A model generated the notes under the pieces. That model saw only the letters and a program-made list of their open reading frames with translations. It made no database searches and was not told where the DNA came from. The position numbers and the translations under genes are program-made. A stretch of DNA of 63,811 bases, filler included, from Octopus bimaculoides (Eukaryota): NCBI RefSeq assembly GCF_001194135.2. It is 7 parts of 7 records of this genome, joined end to end, with 100 filler letters (N's around TTAATTAATTAA, not from the genome) between each part and the next. Parts side by side here need not be neighbours in the genome. Positions count along the whole stretch, not along the records: positions 51,757 to 60,994 come from NC_068996.1; positions 61,095 to 63,811 come from NC_068984.1; 5 more parts are not named here. The stretch is one strand, 5' to 3'. Positions 51,757 to 63,425 of this stretch are shown here, piece by piece; positions within the stretch are counted from its first letter, which is position 1; each line of letters begins with the position of its first letter.

Positions 51757-52063
51757 TAAACTGCTTTCGTGGAGGGTAGTGGCGGACGGAAAACAAGACA
51801 AGAAAACGAAACGGTGAAATAAACAAACAAAAAGGCTGTACAGCCAGACGTGAAGTGTGTATGTCTTGAACGCTGTGAAGCACGTACAGGAGGGGCAAAG
51901 AAGTACGTGCGAGCTTGGTGATTCCAAGAACGAAAAGAAATGGCAGCCGGACACACGTGACCAAGGCTGTGTGAAGAGAAAGAGTAGCAGAGGAAAAAGG
52001 AGGGGAGGAAGTAGAATAAAAGTGAGCAACGAGAGGTAGAGAGAGAGAGAGAGAGAGATAATA

Positions 52064-52104
<41 letters not shown>

Positions 52105-52645
52105 TATATATCTATCTATCTATTTATATATATGTATACGTATATACACATGTCTGTGTGTGTGTATGCATGCATATACATATAAGCATATAAGTATGTA
52201 CATAAATCAGTATATCAGTGTGTGTGGGTGTATCTATGAGTGTGTGTGTGTGTACTTGTGTGTATGCGCGTGTGTATCTGTTTGTTTGCGTGTGTGTGCG
52301 TACGTTTGTATTTATTAGTTCTTAGTATCTCTTCCGGCTGTGTATTTTATTCTTGTTATTTATTTGTTGTTGAAGTTGTTGTTCTATTGTATTGTAAAGA
52401 TTTCTATCACTTGAATTCTTTTATCTCCCCTAATTCTCTTCTCATTTAAGGAGTTCAAATTCCACATACGTGCTGCTCTCTCAAACTTGCATGTTTCCGT
52501 GATCTCTTTAATATTTCGTTATTTCTATAATTCACTACACTTCATACAACCCCATCTCTCTCTTTCTCTCTTTCTCTCTCTTACACACACAGATACACAA
52601 AAACACAAACACACACAAATTTACACACACAAACACATACTCATG

Positions 52646-52723
<78 letters not shown>

Positions 52724-53060
52724 TGTAACTTTGTTATAAATTATTCTAAACTATTATTCCTTTTGAAATTTTTTGTTTTTTCTTGCCTCTGTTGTTACCT
52801 TTGTTTTATTTATTGCGTTAAATAAAAGACAGGCATTTTCCCTTCATGCCAATATAATATATTGTACATTTTTTCGCATTGTTTTAGTGGTATTTCAGTA
52901 AAAGTATGTTAAATATGAATGACAGACCTAGTTTCCACGATACTGATGTGGTTACTAAGCATTTGTGATATCATTCGTCTAGTATCAACGTTTAGATTTT
53001 CTTTTAATAAGTGTTGTTTTGAGGGCTTAGTTTTATTCTATTTTGTCACAGATATTATCT

Positions 53061-53211
<151 letters not shown>

Positions 53212-53384
53212 TATCAGCAGCAGTAGTAGCAGTAGTAGTAGCTATCGTCGCCGCTGTTGCTGCTTTGCCCACCCCATTACCATGTTAACTCTCATAGAAT
53301 GCAAGTATGACCCGTCAATATTTCAGCTTCGACCATTCAAATCTGTTTTTGCTTTGGTGTATCAGAACCTATATTCTATATGCT

Positions 53385-54045
53385 CTAAACACTTTTACTC
53401 TTTTACTTGCTTCAGTCATTTAACTGTGGCCATGCTGGATCACGGCCTTTTAGTCGAAAAAATAGACCCTAGGACTTATTTTTTGTAAGCCTAGTACTTA
53501 TTCCATCGGTCTCTTTTGCCGAACCGCTAGTTTACGGGGACGTAAACACACCTGCATCGGTTGTCAAGCTATAGTGGATGGGAAAAACACAGACACACAA
53601 ACATATACACACACACCCACACATATATACATACATACATACATATATATATATNNNNNNNNNNNNNNNNNNNNNNNNNNNNNNNNNNNNNNNNNNNNNN
53701 NNNNNNNNNNNNNNNNNNNTCTCCGTATTCTTTCTGTTGAAGAGCGTAGCTCGAAACGTCAAAGACTTTCCGTATTCCCGAGCGTCATACTAATATATAC
53801 TTTTGTTATTTACACCACCTGTCCTCGTCTGTTGTTATTTTTTGTATATTCTCCCATATATATATATATATATACACGACGGGTTTCTTTCAGTTTCCGT
53901 CTACCAAATCCACTCACAAGGCTTTGGTCGACCCGAGGCTATAGCAGAAGACATTTGCGCAAGGTGCCACGCAGTGGGACTGAACCCAGAACCATGTGGT
54001 TGGTAAGCAAGCTACTTACCACACAGCCACTCCTGCGCCTAAAAA
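53385..54045 (-). mobile_element. CORE-type SINE whose internal (TA)n carries a nested short repeat
   Basis: 3' half at 53385-53650; 5' half including head at 53870-54045. Confidence 0.88.
53720..53860 (+). mobile_element. Short dispersed repeat with hammerhead-like motif (copy C)
   Basis: TCTTT CTGTTGAA GAGC GTA GCTC GAAAC GTC AAAGA at 53729-53765. Confidence 0.72.
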
Positions 54046-54414
54046 CTATACGACGAGAATGAGATGAACCGTATTCTTCCTAGGATCTAATGAAGTTTTG
54101 ACTGCTATTTTTTTGTAACTTTGTAGAGAAATTTTTCATTGGCTCATTTATAGTTTAAGTGTTTCCGTCCATTGTGGCTGATTTTTCTAAAGTTTTATTA
54201 TTCTCTCTGCTTTTCCATTTTTTATACTTTTGCTTTCCTTAGTATTAACACCACTTAAGCTATTGTTATATTAATTGTTGTCTTCAGTGCTTGAGGTCAG
54301 TTCTTTCGCTAATATATTGAAATTTAGTTATTGTTTTATCACTACTTCCGTGTTTTTTCTTTGTTTTTGTTTTTTTCATTTCGTGTTCCTCTCGGTCTCG
54401 CGCAATCCTTCAAT

Positions 54415-54626
54415 GATACTTTCTACGATAGGCACAAGGCCTGAAGTTTTGTGGGAGGGTATTAGTCAATGGCATCGACTCCAGTGCTCGACAGATATTT
54501 AATTTACCCCGAAAGGATGAAAGGCAAAGTCGACCTCGGTGGAATTTGAACTCTGAATGTAAAGACGGACGAAATGCCACTAAGCATTTCGTCCGGCGTG
54601 CTAACGATTCTGCCAGTTCACCTTTA
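54415..54626 (-). mobile_element. tRNA-derived SINE (same family as 8578-8790)
   Basis: Reverse complement of TGGCAGAATCGTTAGCAC..GAGTTCAAATTCC..GCCTTTCATCCTTTCGGGG. Confidence 0.85.
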
Positions 54627-54876
54627 ATGGCGATCCTTTAATGATGCTATTGAATATTAGCCATATAACGACTGCGTCACCAGTGGTTAGTTTTTAATAG
54701 TTTTAATAATTTGATCCATAATAAATTATACCGACGCAAACTCAAATTCAACTGAGCTGCTATATCTTGTAGGTCAAGCGGTCGAACTAGAAATGTCAAC
54801 TGGCGAGTATTGGTGTTGATACTGAGTAGTAGCAGTATTAATTGTTGTAATTGTTCTTGAAATTGTGTGTGATGAC

Positions 54877-54907
<31 letters not shown>

Positions 54908-55431
54908 GCTACGACAACAACGATGACGACTACGACGGCGACGGTAATGATGATGATGATGATGACGATGATGATGATAATGTTTTATCGAGGACAGTGT
55001 TGTAAACACAAGATCAAAGTTCCCAAAATTATCTTAAGAAAATAAAAAGTAATAAAATAAACTAAGTGTCCTAAGTGTGTGTATACATGTGTAACACTCG
55101 CACGCACAAGTATATGCATAGAGTTATGTGCGTCTTTCAAAGATCGTATTAAAAGTTGTGTTGATATATGCGCCTACGCACATGTACGCACATATACGCT
55201 ACGCAAGCACACACACGTGCGAAAGTGTGTGTGTACAGGCACAGGCTGGAGCAAACCGCATACACTACACGTAACAGTATTGTTGTTTACTAGAAGATTA
55301 CTTAGACTTTCACACATTAGTCACGCACGCGAGGCATGTATGAGGATCTGTTCACATGATATGAAGTCGTCATAAGCATCAGGAAATGTTCATAACTCCA
55401 CTTGCACGATCCGCTCATACAAGTTCCTTAC

Positions 55432-55584
55432 GGTTTGTCGTGCGATGAGGTTTGTTGCGAACTGCAAGTTTACTGTCACAGGATTAATGTGTAATGCAGG
55501 GCCATATATCTGCATGATGCAACTAGTCCAATCAACCTTAACCAATCCCACGAGTGCAACAACGGACTTGATATCTTCTGCCAC
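55432..55584 (-). CDS. Candidate 153-nt phase-0 coding exon of an unidentified host gene
   Basis: Frame opens right after TTTTAAAAG| (an in-frame stop lies 2 codons upstream). Donor ACC|GTAAGG. Non-repetitive peptide VAEDIKSVVALVGLVKVDWTSCIMQIYGPALHINPVTVNLQFATNLIARQT. Protein not recognised. Confidence 0.4.
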
Positions 55585-55879
55585 CTTTTAAAATTCCGTA
55601 ATATTGAGTGAATGTTTCGGAACCACATAGCTTCTGTGCTTAGCCCATTAAAAATTCTGAGTAACAACTGAGTAAATTTAGCGGCGATTGACTATGCACA
55701 CATACATACATAAAAAATACACACATCCATCCACCCATCCTAGCATCCATCCATATTCGACGCCGAGTGTTAAATAACACTGAAAGTTGTCAAACGGGCG
55801 AGACAGCTCGCCCTGAGGTGAGCAAGAATGATAGATACCAATACCAAAAAGCTATAATAACAGAGAAAATGTGCAAGCG

Positions 55880-56157
55880 TGTCTGTGTGGTAAGAAGCTT
55901 GTTTCTCAGCCACATGGTTCTAGGTTCAGTCCCACTGCCTGGCACCTTGGGAAAGTGTCTTCTACTATAACCTCGGGCAGGCCAAAACTTTTTGAGTCAA
56001 TTTGGTAGAGTGAAAGTGAAACAATGCCGCTGTAGGCGTAAATGAAGGCATACATGCAGGCATACATGCAGGCATACATGCAGGCTTATATGTGCGTGTG
56101 TGTGTATATATGCATGTATGCATGTATGTATGTATGTATATACATACATATATACAT

Positions 56158-56195
<38 letters not shown>

Positions 56196-56300
56196 GTGCA
56201 TGTGTTTTTGTCTGTGCTTGACCCCTCTAGTTTGACAACCGGTGTGGTGTGCTTACGTCTCTGTAACTTTGCAAGCGAAAGAGAACGATAAATTATGTAG
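55880..56300 (+). mobile_element. CORE-type SINE (diverged)
   Basis: GTGTGGTAAGAAGCTTG..GGTTCAGTCCC..GCACCTTGGGAAAGTGTCTT. Confidence 0.8.
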
Positions 56301-56589
56301 CAGGCATAATAAAAAGGACTGCGGTTGAGTCATTCCGCAGTCTAATAAATTGAAAGGAAAATGAGGGTGAAGAGGGAAGTACTACCACCCGGTGAATTTG
56401 TGAAAAGATGGGTGACTGTGGCAATAATAGAGCAAATGGCCCTACTATAAGTATGCACCATAGATTGGAGAGCAACATTTGGGAGAGAGTCATGCCTTTG
56501 GCGGTCAGGGTAATATAGATTTGTGGGCTTCCTTTGATTGGCCCTAGTGGAGTTTCTTCTGTACCAGGAGGGCTGCATCATTCAAATGT

Positions 56590-56945
56590 TATCAAAAACT
56601 TTGTACACTGTCTTTTACCTGTTTCAGTCATTAGATTGCAGCCATTCTGGGGTACTATCTTGAAGAACTGTAGCCAAATAAATTGACCCCAGTATTTTTT
56701 AAAGCCTAATTGCGTGAACGTAAACACAGCAACACCGGTTGTGAAGTAGTGGTGGTGGAGGGACAAACACACACACACACACACACACATATGACGGCCT
56801 CCTTTCAGTGTCCGTTCACTAAATTCACTTACAAGGCTTTGATTGTCCCGAGGCTATAGTAGAACACAGTTGTCTAAGGCACCATGCAATGGGACTGAAC
56901 ACGGAACCATGTGGTTAGGAAGTAAGCTTCTTGCCACACAGCCAC
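56590..56945 (-). mobile_element. CORE-type SINE (diverged), inverted relative to 55880-56300
   Basis: Colinear with 45560-45955. Confidence 0.8.
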
Positions 56946-57109
56946 ATGGTATTTCACCGTCTTTTCCATTTCCTGTACCTCTTTTATGTAAATCTGTAAA
57001 TTATGTAAATTAAGTACCAGTTGAGTACTGGGGTCGATGTAATCGACTTTCCCCTCCCTCCAATATCAGGCCTTGTGCCTATAATAGAGAGGATCATTAT
57101 TATTATCAT

Positions 57110-57590
57110 TGAGCAATGCATGCCATCAAAATGACACTGGGTTAAAATATACGAAGCCCAGTATACCCATCATGACTACCCGTCTGATAAGGGTACACCA
57201 GGCACATGCATCACAACCATATGTGCGTGACATGGTGATCTCATATCAAGATAAACAGCGCATGACCTCGCAGGAGGGGCCCAGTTAGAATTTTCTTCAG
57301 GTCGAGTAGCCGGTCCCGCTGAAAAGGTCCCTGAATAAGGTTTGATTAAGGATGTTGAGCAAAACACCCATGTTTCCAAAGGTGAATTATTCAAACCCCA
57401 AAGGATTCCTCTCAACACATGGCTATGATGCTCCCCCACTACTTCTACTCATGATCAGAGATGCACATATCATCAGCCACCAAGGGACATGCTCAACTGG
57501 TAAAGGTGAAACAACTGACAAGCAAATCTGTGGTATTAAGCAGAATATTTGCTGTTGCCCATCTTTTACACCAAGACAAAACAATGTACA
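57110..57590 (+). repeat. ~480-bp non-coding dispersed repeat between TAA/ATT tracts
   Basis: Homolog at 2929-3312. No tRNA-like head and no recognisable ORF. Ends in (TAA)n. Confidence 0.75.
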
Positions 57591-57613
57591 TAATAATAAT
57601 AATAATAATAATA

Positions 57614-57704
<91 letters not shown>

Positions 57705-57705
<1 letters not shown>

Positions 57706-58075
57706 GTATGGTTTCCGTTCCTTATAACTTTATTTCAGCTGCCTTAGTACCGGGCATCCTCCGAAGTCAAGAGTAGCAAGGAGACTTGTTTTGTATGTAT
57801 GCTAAAATTAACACCGCATTTATTCCATTTTAGATGGAGAGTGCTTTCCGTAGTATATGGGCTGTACTCATGAAGGTTATCTTTTGTAGTTCACCGAAAT
57901 TGGAGTTACCAGGGAGTTGCTTAATATACTTCTCAGCTCCCTTCCTTATCATTCACAATGCACCAATTACTACTGGTATTATCGTTGTACTAAACTTCCA
58001 CATTTTTTTAAATTCAATTTGCAGATCTTTGTAGTGAGAAAGCTTTTCGTATTCCTGTCATTTCGATCTTGTGTG
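57705..58075 (-). mobile_element. RLE retrotransposon 3' end with 3' UTR (family D-like)
   Basis: YEKLSHYKDLQIEFKKMWK..IPVVIGAL..LQKITFMSTAHILRKALSI*. The 3' end abuts (TAA)30. Confidence 0.85.
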
Positions 58076-58090
58076 ACTATTATAATTATT

Positions 58091-58295
58091 AAGGCGGTGA
58101 GCTGGCAGAACCGTTAGCACGCCGGGCGAAATGTTTAGTGACATTTCGTCCGTCCTTTCGTTCTGAGTTCAAATTCCTCCGAATTCAACTTTGCCTTTAA
58201 TCCTTAAGTACCAGTTGAATATTGGAGTCGATATAATCGACTTACCCTCTCCCACTCAATTTCAGCACCTGTACCTTTAGGAGAAAGGATTATTA
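58091..58295 (+). mobile_element. tRNA-derived SINE (family of 8578)
   Basis: AAGGCGGTGAGCTGGCAGAACCGTTAGCAC..GAGTTCAAATTCC. Confidence 0.85.
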
Positions 58296-58297
58296 GG

Positions 58298-59789
58298 CAT
58301 ACGTCCACCGCAAGTGGTAACAGAACGAGAGAGTTCCTGATGCTGTTAGCAGAGATGTGGCAAAACTACTGAGGCAGGAAGCCGACAACGAGGAGTAGCA
58401 GGGAATTTTCGAACCATAACTGTCCTAAAAATAAAGTTTTAGATTTTGGCCAAGAATTTAGCGAAAAGGCTGGCGTTTATCGTTGGTAGCCTGGTCGGAG
58501 AAGCGCAGACGTTTTCAATCACGAGCAGGTCTATTCACGACAACCTCCACTTTGTGCGAAACATCATAGAGAAGGCTGTGACCAATGCTGGTTCAGTGAG
58601 TGCTCTGATCAATTTGGATCAATCAAAAGCATTTGATAGAGTCGACCATCGCTACTTGGAAACCGTCCTAAAATTAGGCGGTTTCGGACCCGTTTTCAGA
58701 GGCTGGACCGCTGCAGTGCACAATAGCACCTTATTGACTGACCGTTGTGCCTTGTCCCGGTAACTGCTTGACCAGGTTAGAGCGTCTCTTATTTAAATTC
58801 TTGTGGAAGAGACGCGTTCCAATGATCTGGCAGCCTGTCTGTTGCTAGCATCCTGTGAGGGACGAATTAGGTATGCCGTGGCTCCTAATGCGCAGACACG
58901 GTCTTAGATTATGCCGCCTGCAACGATTTCTGGACGGTGAGCGTGTGTGGACTCCGTTTGTGAGGCACGTCTTTCCGCAGCTCGTCTCCTTGACTGAGCT
59001 ACAGTTCTGAGTGAAGAAAAGACCGAGACTGGGCGCCTGGCACCAGTCGGGCAATGGAATCGGTGGATGTTCTGCTTTAGAAATTAATAGATGGTTAGTG
59101 GCGGGAAAGTGCGACAACATTCTCTGGGAGACTCGGGGCACTGGCTAGTCGGCTCCAGAGGACTTTGCGGTAAGGAACTATCATACATCATCTCCAGAAG
59201 TCCTTGGTCTGGCAGTGCTACAGGTTAAAGATAAACTCTACAGGCACGGATATGCTTGTCCGAGGTGAGCGCAAAGTGACGAAAGATTTCTGCATGCATT
59301 CGTTCGTTGTCTGGGTATTGCTGACTTGTGGGGCTATGCTGAACAGCTGCTGTCACATTTGAGACGGATCCCTCTACCGGCCGATTCTGTAGTGATGATT
59401 GCCCCACCAACTTCCTTCAGTTGGACAGGCAAGGCAGTTTTCATTTCCCTAGTGGCTGAAGCGAAATAAGTTGTTTGGAGGACAAAACTGAAAGGCATAA
59501 GAACAAATACATTCCTCTTTGGTAAATCTCTCATTGACTTCTTCAAGTTTGACTTGAAAAAGAAATTGTGAGTGGAGAGGGAAGTGCTGTCCTCGAGTGA
59601 ATTTATCGAAAGGTGGGTGAATGTTATGACATGGATGGTACCGCTCTAAGTGGAGACCTGTGAGTCGGAGGAAAGAAATCGGAGAAGGCATTTGTCCCTG
59701 GTATTCAGGGTGATCTTGGATGGTGGGATTCTTCGATTATCCCTAGAGGTCCTCCTGAATCAGCAGGACATCACTATCATCCACTTATT

Positions 59790-59820
<31 letters not shown>

Positions 59821-60300
59821 CTTTTACAGTTGTATGTTATGTATTGTGGAGGCACATGACCTAGTGGTTAGAGCAGCGGATTCACGGTCGAGAGATCGCG
59901 GATTCGAATCTCAGACTGGGCGATGTGTGTGTTTACGAGCGAAACACCTAAACTCCACGCGGCTCCGGCAGAAGGTAATACCAAACTTCTGTTGACTCTT
60001 TCGCCACAACTTTCTTTCACTCTTTCCTCCTGCATCTAGCAACTCACCTGCGATGGACCGGCGTCCCATCCAGGTGAGGAACTTATACGCCAATGAAACC
60101 GGAAACTGGCTCTTCTCCTGAAGGAACAAACAACAAAAAAACTTATTATGTATGCTTACCTTCTTTGTTTCATTGTATACTGGGTTTGCTTCCTAAAATG
60201 TACCCCGTTTTTTTATCATTTCATTATATGTAAACCACCACACTTTATTTGATTTTGTATTGCACCCCCACGTGGCCCTGTTGGCAAATAAAAGAAATCA
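58298..60300 (+). mobile_element. L1/Tx1-clade LINE, internally deleted, with a SINE inserted in its 3' UTR
   Basis: SRSIHDNLHFVRNII..LINLDQSKAFDRVDHRYL (RT). 3' portion homologous to 13590-14650. The 3' UTR resumes at ~60145 and ends GCAAATAAAAGAAATC. Confidence 0.85.
59846..60142 (+). mobile_element. tRNA-derived SINE with a Nin-domain-like 3' part
   Basis: Head GGAGGCACATGACCTAGTGGTTAGAGCAGCGG..GATTCGAATC; body CCTGCGATGGACCGGCGTCCCATCCAGG..GAAACCGG; A-rich tail; candidate TSD TTATGTAT. Confidence 0.78.
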
Positions 60301-60477
60301 TTATATTACTGTCATATTTGCTACATCAGAGCCTATCTATATGCTGTCTAAGGCGCACCATTTTATTTGCTAATCATCATCAACATCATCATCATCACCA
60401 TCATCATTATCATTGTATCATCATCATCGTCATCGTCATCGTCGTCATCCACCTCCTCCTCCTCCTCCTCCTCCTTA

Positions 60478-60548
<71 letters not shown>

Positions 60549-60994
60549 TTATGATCATCATTTTTATGATAATAATTTTGTCTCATATATATTTGCTAAT
60601 ACTGTATGGGATTGGTACAAGCGCGTGTATGTTCGCACACACACACACATCGCTATATAATGTTTGTGTATATATATATGTATGTGCATGTGTGTATGTA
60701 TATATATATATAATAATATTAGGGACAAAATCCAAAATTGCAGGTAAAAACTCAATTAAAATCAATTTATAAAAAATTAAAATTAAATTGAGCCTTATAG
60801 ATAAAATATATATAAAATATATAGTTTTAGGGAAAATAACCAAGTTTCAAGAACTCATCGATGAAAATCCACTATCACATATAGAAAAATTAACAATTAA
60901 AAGCACAATAAATGAGTATAATATAAAGTAAAGTAAATATCATAAGATAAATATAATAAAAAGATTACACGTGTTTCATAACTAATTTTCAAAT

Positions 60995-61094
60995 NNNNNN
61001 NNNNNNNNNNNNNNNNNNNNNNNNNNNNNNNNNNNNNNTTAATTAATTAANNNNNNNNNNNNNNNNNNNNNNNNNNNNNNNNNNNNNNNNNNNN
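60995..61094. other. Artificial 100-bp scaffold spacer
   Basis: N44-TTAATTAATTAA-N44. Confidence 0.97.
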
Positions 61095-62240
61095 ACTTTT
61101 TCCAGTGACGAAAAATCACTAATCTCGAAAAAGTGGTAACAAGAGCGATAATAAATGTGAGAGATTTATGAAAACAAAGCAGTAGAATACCCTAAAAACA
61201 AATAGATATATTAATATAAATGGAAAAATAATTTACGAAATTATTTGGTTTAACCCGATAGTTAATTCTCAACTGAACTCCAAAATAGGTCAGGAAATTT
61301 TCGCAGCATTAGATAAACACTTTCAACAATCCTCCAAATATCACAAAATCATCAATAGATATAATGCAAATTTTACATATGCGATATCCCACAATCTACA
61401 GTACCACATACACGAACTAAAAAAAAGAAATACTAAAAGGAATAAAACTAGAGGGGAAATGCAAACCAACCGCAGCTAAAAATGCTGTATACAGTTGTTG
61501 TTGTTGTTGTTGTTGGCACTCCGTCGCTTACGACGTCGAGGGTTCCAGTTGATCCGATCGACGGAACAGCCTGCTCGTGAAATTAACGTGCAAGTAGCTG
61601 AGCACTCCACAGACACGTGTACCCTTAACGTAGTTCTCGGGGATATTCAGCGTGACACAGTGTGACAAGGCTGACCCTTTGAAATACAGGCACAACAGAA
61701 ACAGGAAGTAAGAGTGAGAGAAAGTTGTGGTGAAAGAGTACAGCAGGGTTCACCACCGTCCCCTGCTGGAGCCTCGTGGAGCTTCAGGTGTTTTCGCTCA
61801 ATAAGCACTCACAACTCCCACTCTGGGAATCGAAACCGCGATCTTGTGACCGCGAGTCCGCTGCCCTAACCACTGGGCCATTGCGCCTCCACGCTGTATA
61901 CTGTATAGCTGTAATAAAAACTCAAAATTAAAAACGGACCCAATCATCATCACACAAGAAGAAAAGAAAAAGAGACGACTTCAAAATATCAAGTCCTCTT
62001 GATGCTTAAATTTGAACTCAGTGTTCTGGTTAATAGACTTCATATCTCTAATAAGGTGAAAAAAATGCCAAATGTAAATACAGAAGAGAAATTTGTAAAA
62101 TCGGAATGGTACTCCAAAATCATTCAGAACTGTCTTCTTGTAATCAAGAGCCGTAACGAAAAAAACTTCTTTCGACAGAATGCATAATGCGCAAAAGAAT
62201 TATCAGAGAAAGCATGCCAACAGAAAAATTACTAACAAAA
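61095..62240 (+). mobile_element. Penelope-like element linker/GIY-YIG fragment, interrupted by a SINE
   Basis: IIWFNP..KIGQEIF..LDKHF..KYHKIINR, LEGKC..NAVYCIAV, KRRLQNIKSS, and a frameshifted CLLCNQE. Confidence 0.7.
61493..61892 (-). mobile_element. Full-length tRNA-derived SINE with (CAA)n tail and 9-bp TSD
   Basis: Head GTGGAGGCGCAATGGCCCAGTGGTTAGGGCAGCGGACTCGCGGTC..GGTTTCGATTCCC. TSD GCTGTATAC at 61484-61492 and 61893-61901. Confidence 0.9.
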
Positions 62241-63029
62241 ATTTGAATAACTTATAACATGATAATTGTTATTTTGTCATTAGAGCAAGAGATTTGAAGC
62301 TATTTAACATCCCATGTTGAGAATAACCTGATTTTTTCGGAGTCATATATGACATTATACGAAATTATTCTTATTAATTTTGTCATTCGTGTTTGTCTTT
62401 TGTTTTGTAATTATAGTTCACACCATTATAGGCATTGTTACAGGAATCATAATTCAATTTCCCCATTATGTATTAACGTTTTATCACTAAATATTCAAAA
62501 GTATTTAAATCTGATAACATTATTACTGCAGTGCCTGAAGCTGCATCTTTAAAAGAAGCTCCATTGCGTCATTAACGTAGTACTAAATAGTTTTTTCTTC
62601 TTTTTTTTATATCAGCGTACACTTAAATGAAAACTGATGTAATTCAACGACCTAAGCAAGCCAAATAAAAAGCAAATTTACCCAGCCGGATGATTTTCTT
62701 CCAGCAACTTTCTTCAACCTGGGAGGCTACAGTTTAAAAACAATGCATATATTCTCCTTTTGTTCTGTAACAGTATTATCCTCACCAACAGTTTCACAAA
62801 TTCATATATATGTCGTCAGTAGTTGACATGCACTAAGGGGAGTGCTATTCATACATCTGATACTTATGGAGTTATGTTATTCTACACATTTCGGTAAGAA
62901 TATGGCACATTACTCTCAACTGACTTTTTAAGAATATGTCACACGGGGTACACATAGGTTCAATATAGATAATTTTTTTTTCTATAGAGTTTGTTCTTCT
63001 TGATTCAGTTTGGATTGGCTAGTTATATA

Positions 63030-63425
63030 ATATAGTCCTGGTGCTTTGTTATGTATTTGTCTGAATATCTTTTTTATCATACATAATGCGCCACTATGAT
63101 AAGAATTGTTTGTTTTAGATTCCACATTCGAGTTACCTCTATTTCCAGGTCTTTGTATATTGAAAGTTTCTCCATTTCTTTTAGAGAGACGTTCTCATCA
63201 GCTGGTATTGATACATCAGTTAGAGAGCATTTGTTTCTTCATAATCTCTGAAAACTCTATCTGATCTATTGGCCTTAATTTCTCTATCTGTGTGTATTGG
63301 CATATCCCAGATTATGGTTGCTTTCTCGTTTTCTGTGACCTTTTCTGTCGTGTGAATAAACCATCTTTTTTCTGTTGTTATTCCATTGTGTTGGCATAGC
63401 TTCCAGTGTATGTAGGTGTATCTTT
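63030..63425 (-). mobile_element. RLE retrotransposon 3' fragment, family C
   Basis: YIHWKLCQHNGI..ATIIWDMPIHTDREIKANRSD..DVSIPADENVS. The 5' junction lies in a TAA tract. Confidence 0.85.

Noticed and set aside
61820-61892. tRNA gene-like sequences (also 8578-8660 and 59846-59920)
   Set aside because: They continue into SINE bodies with tails and TSDs and lack a proper acceptor stem and cloverleaf, so they are SINE heads.
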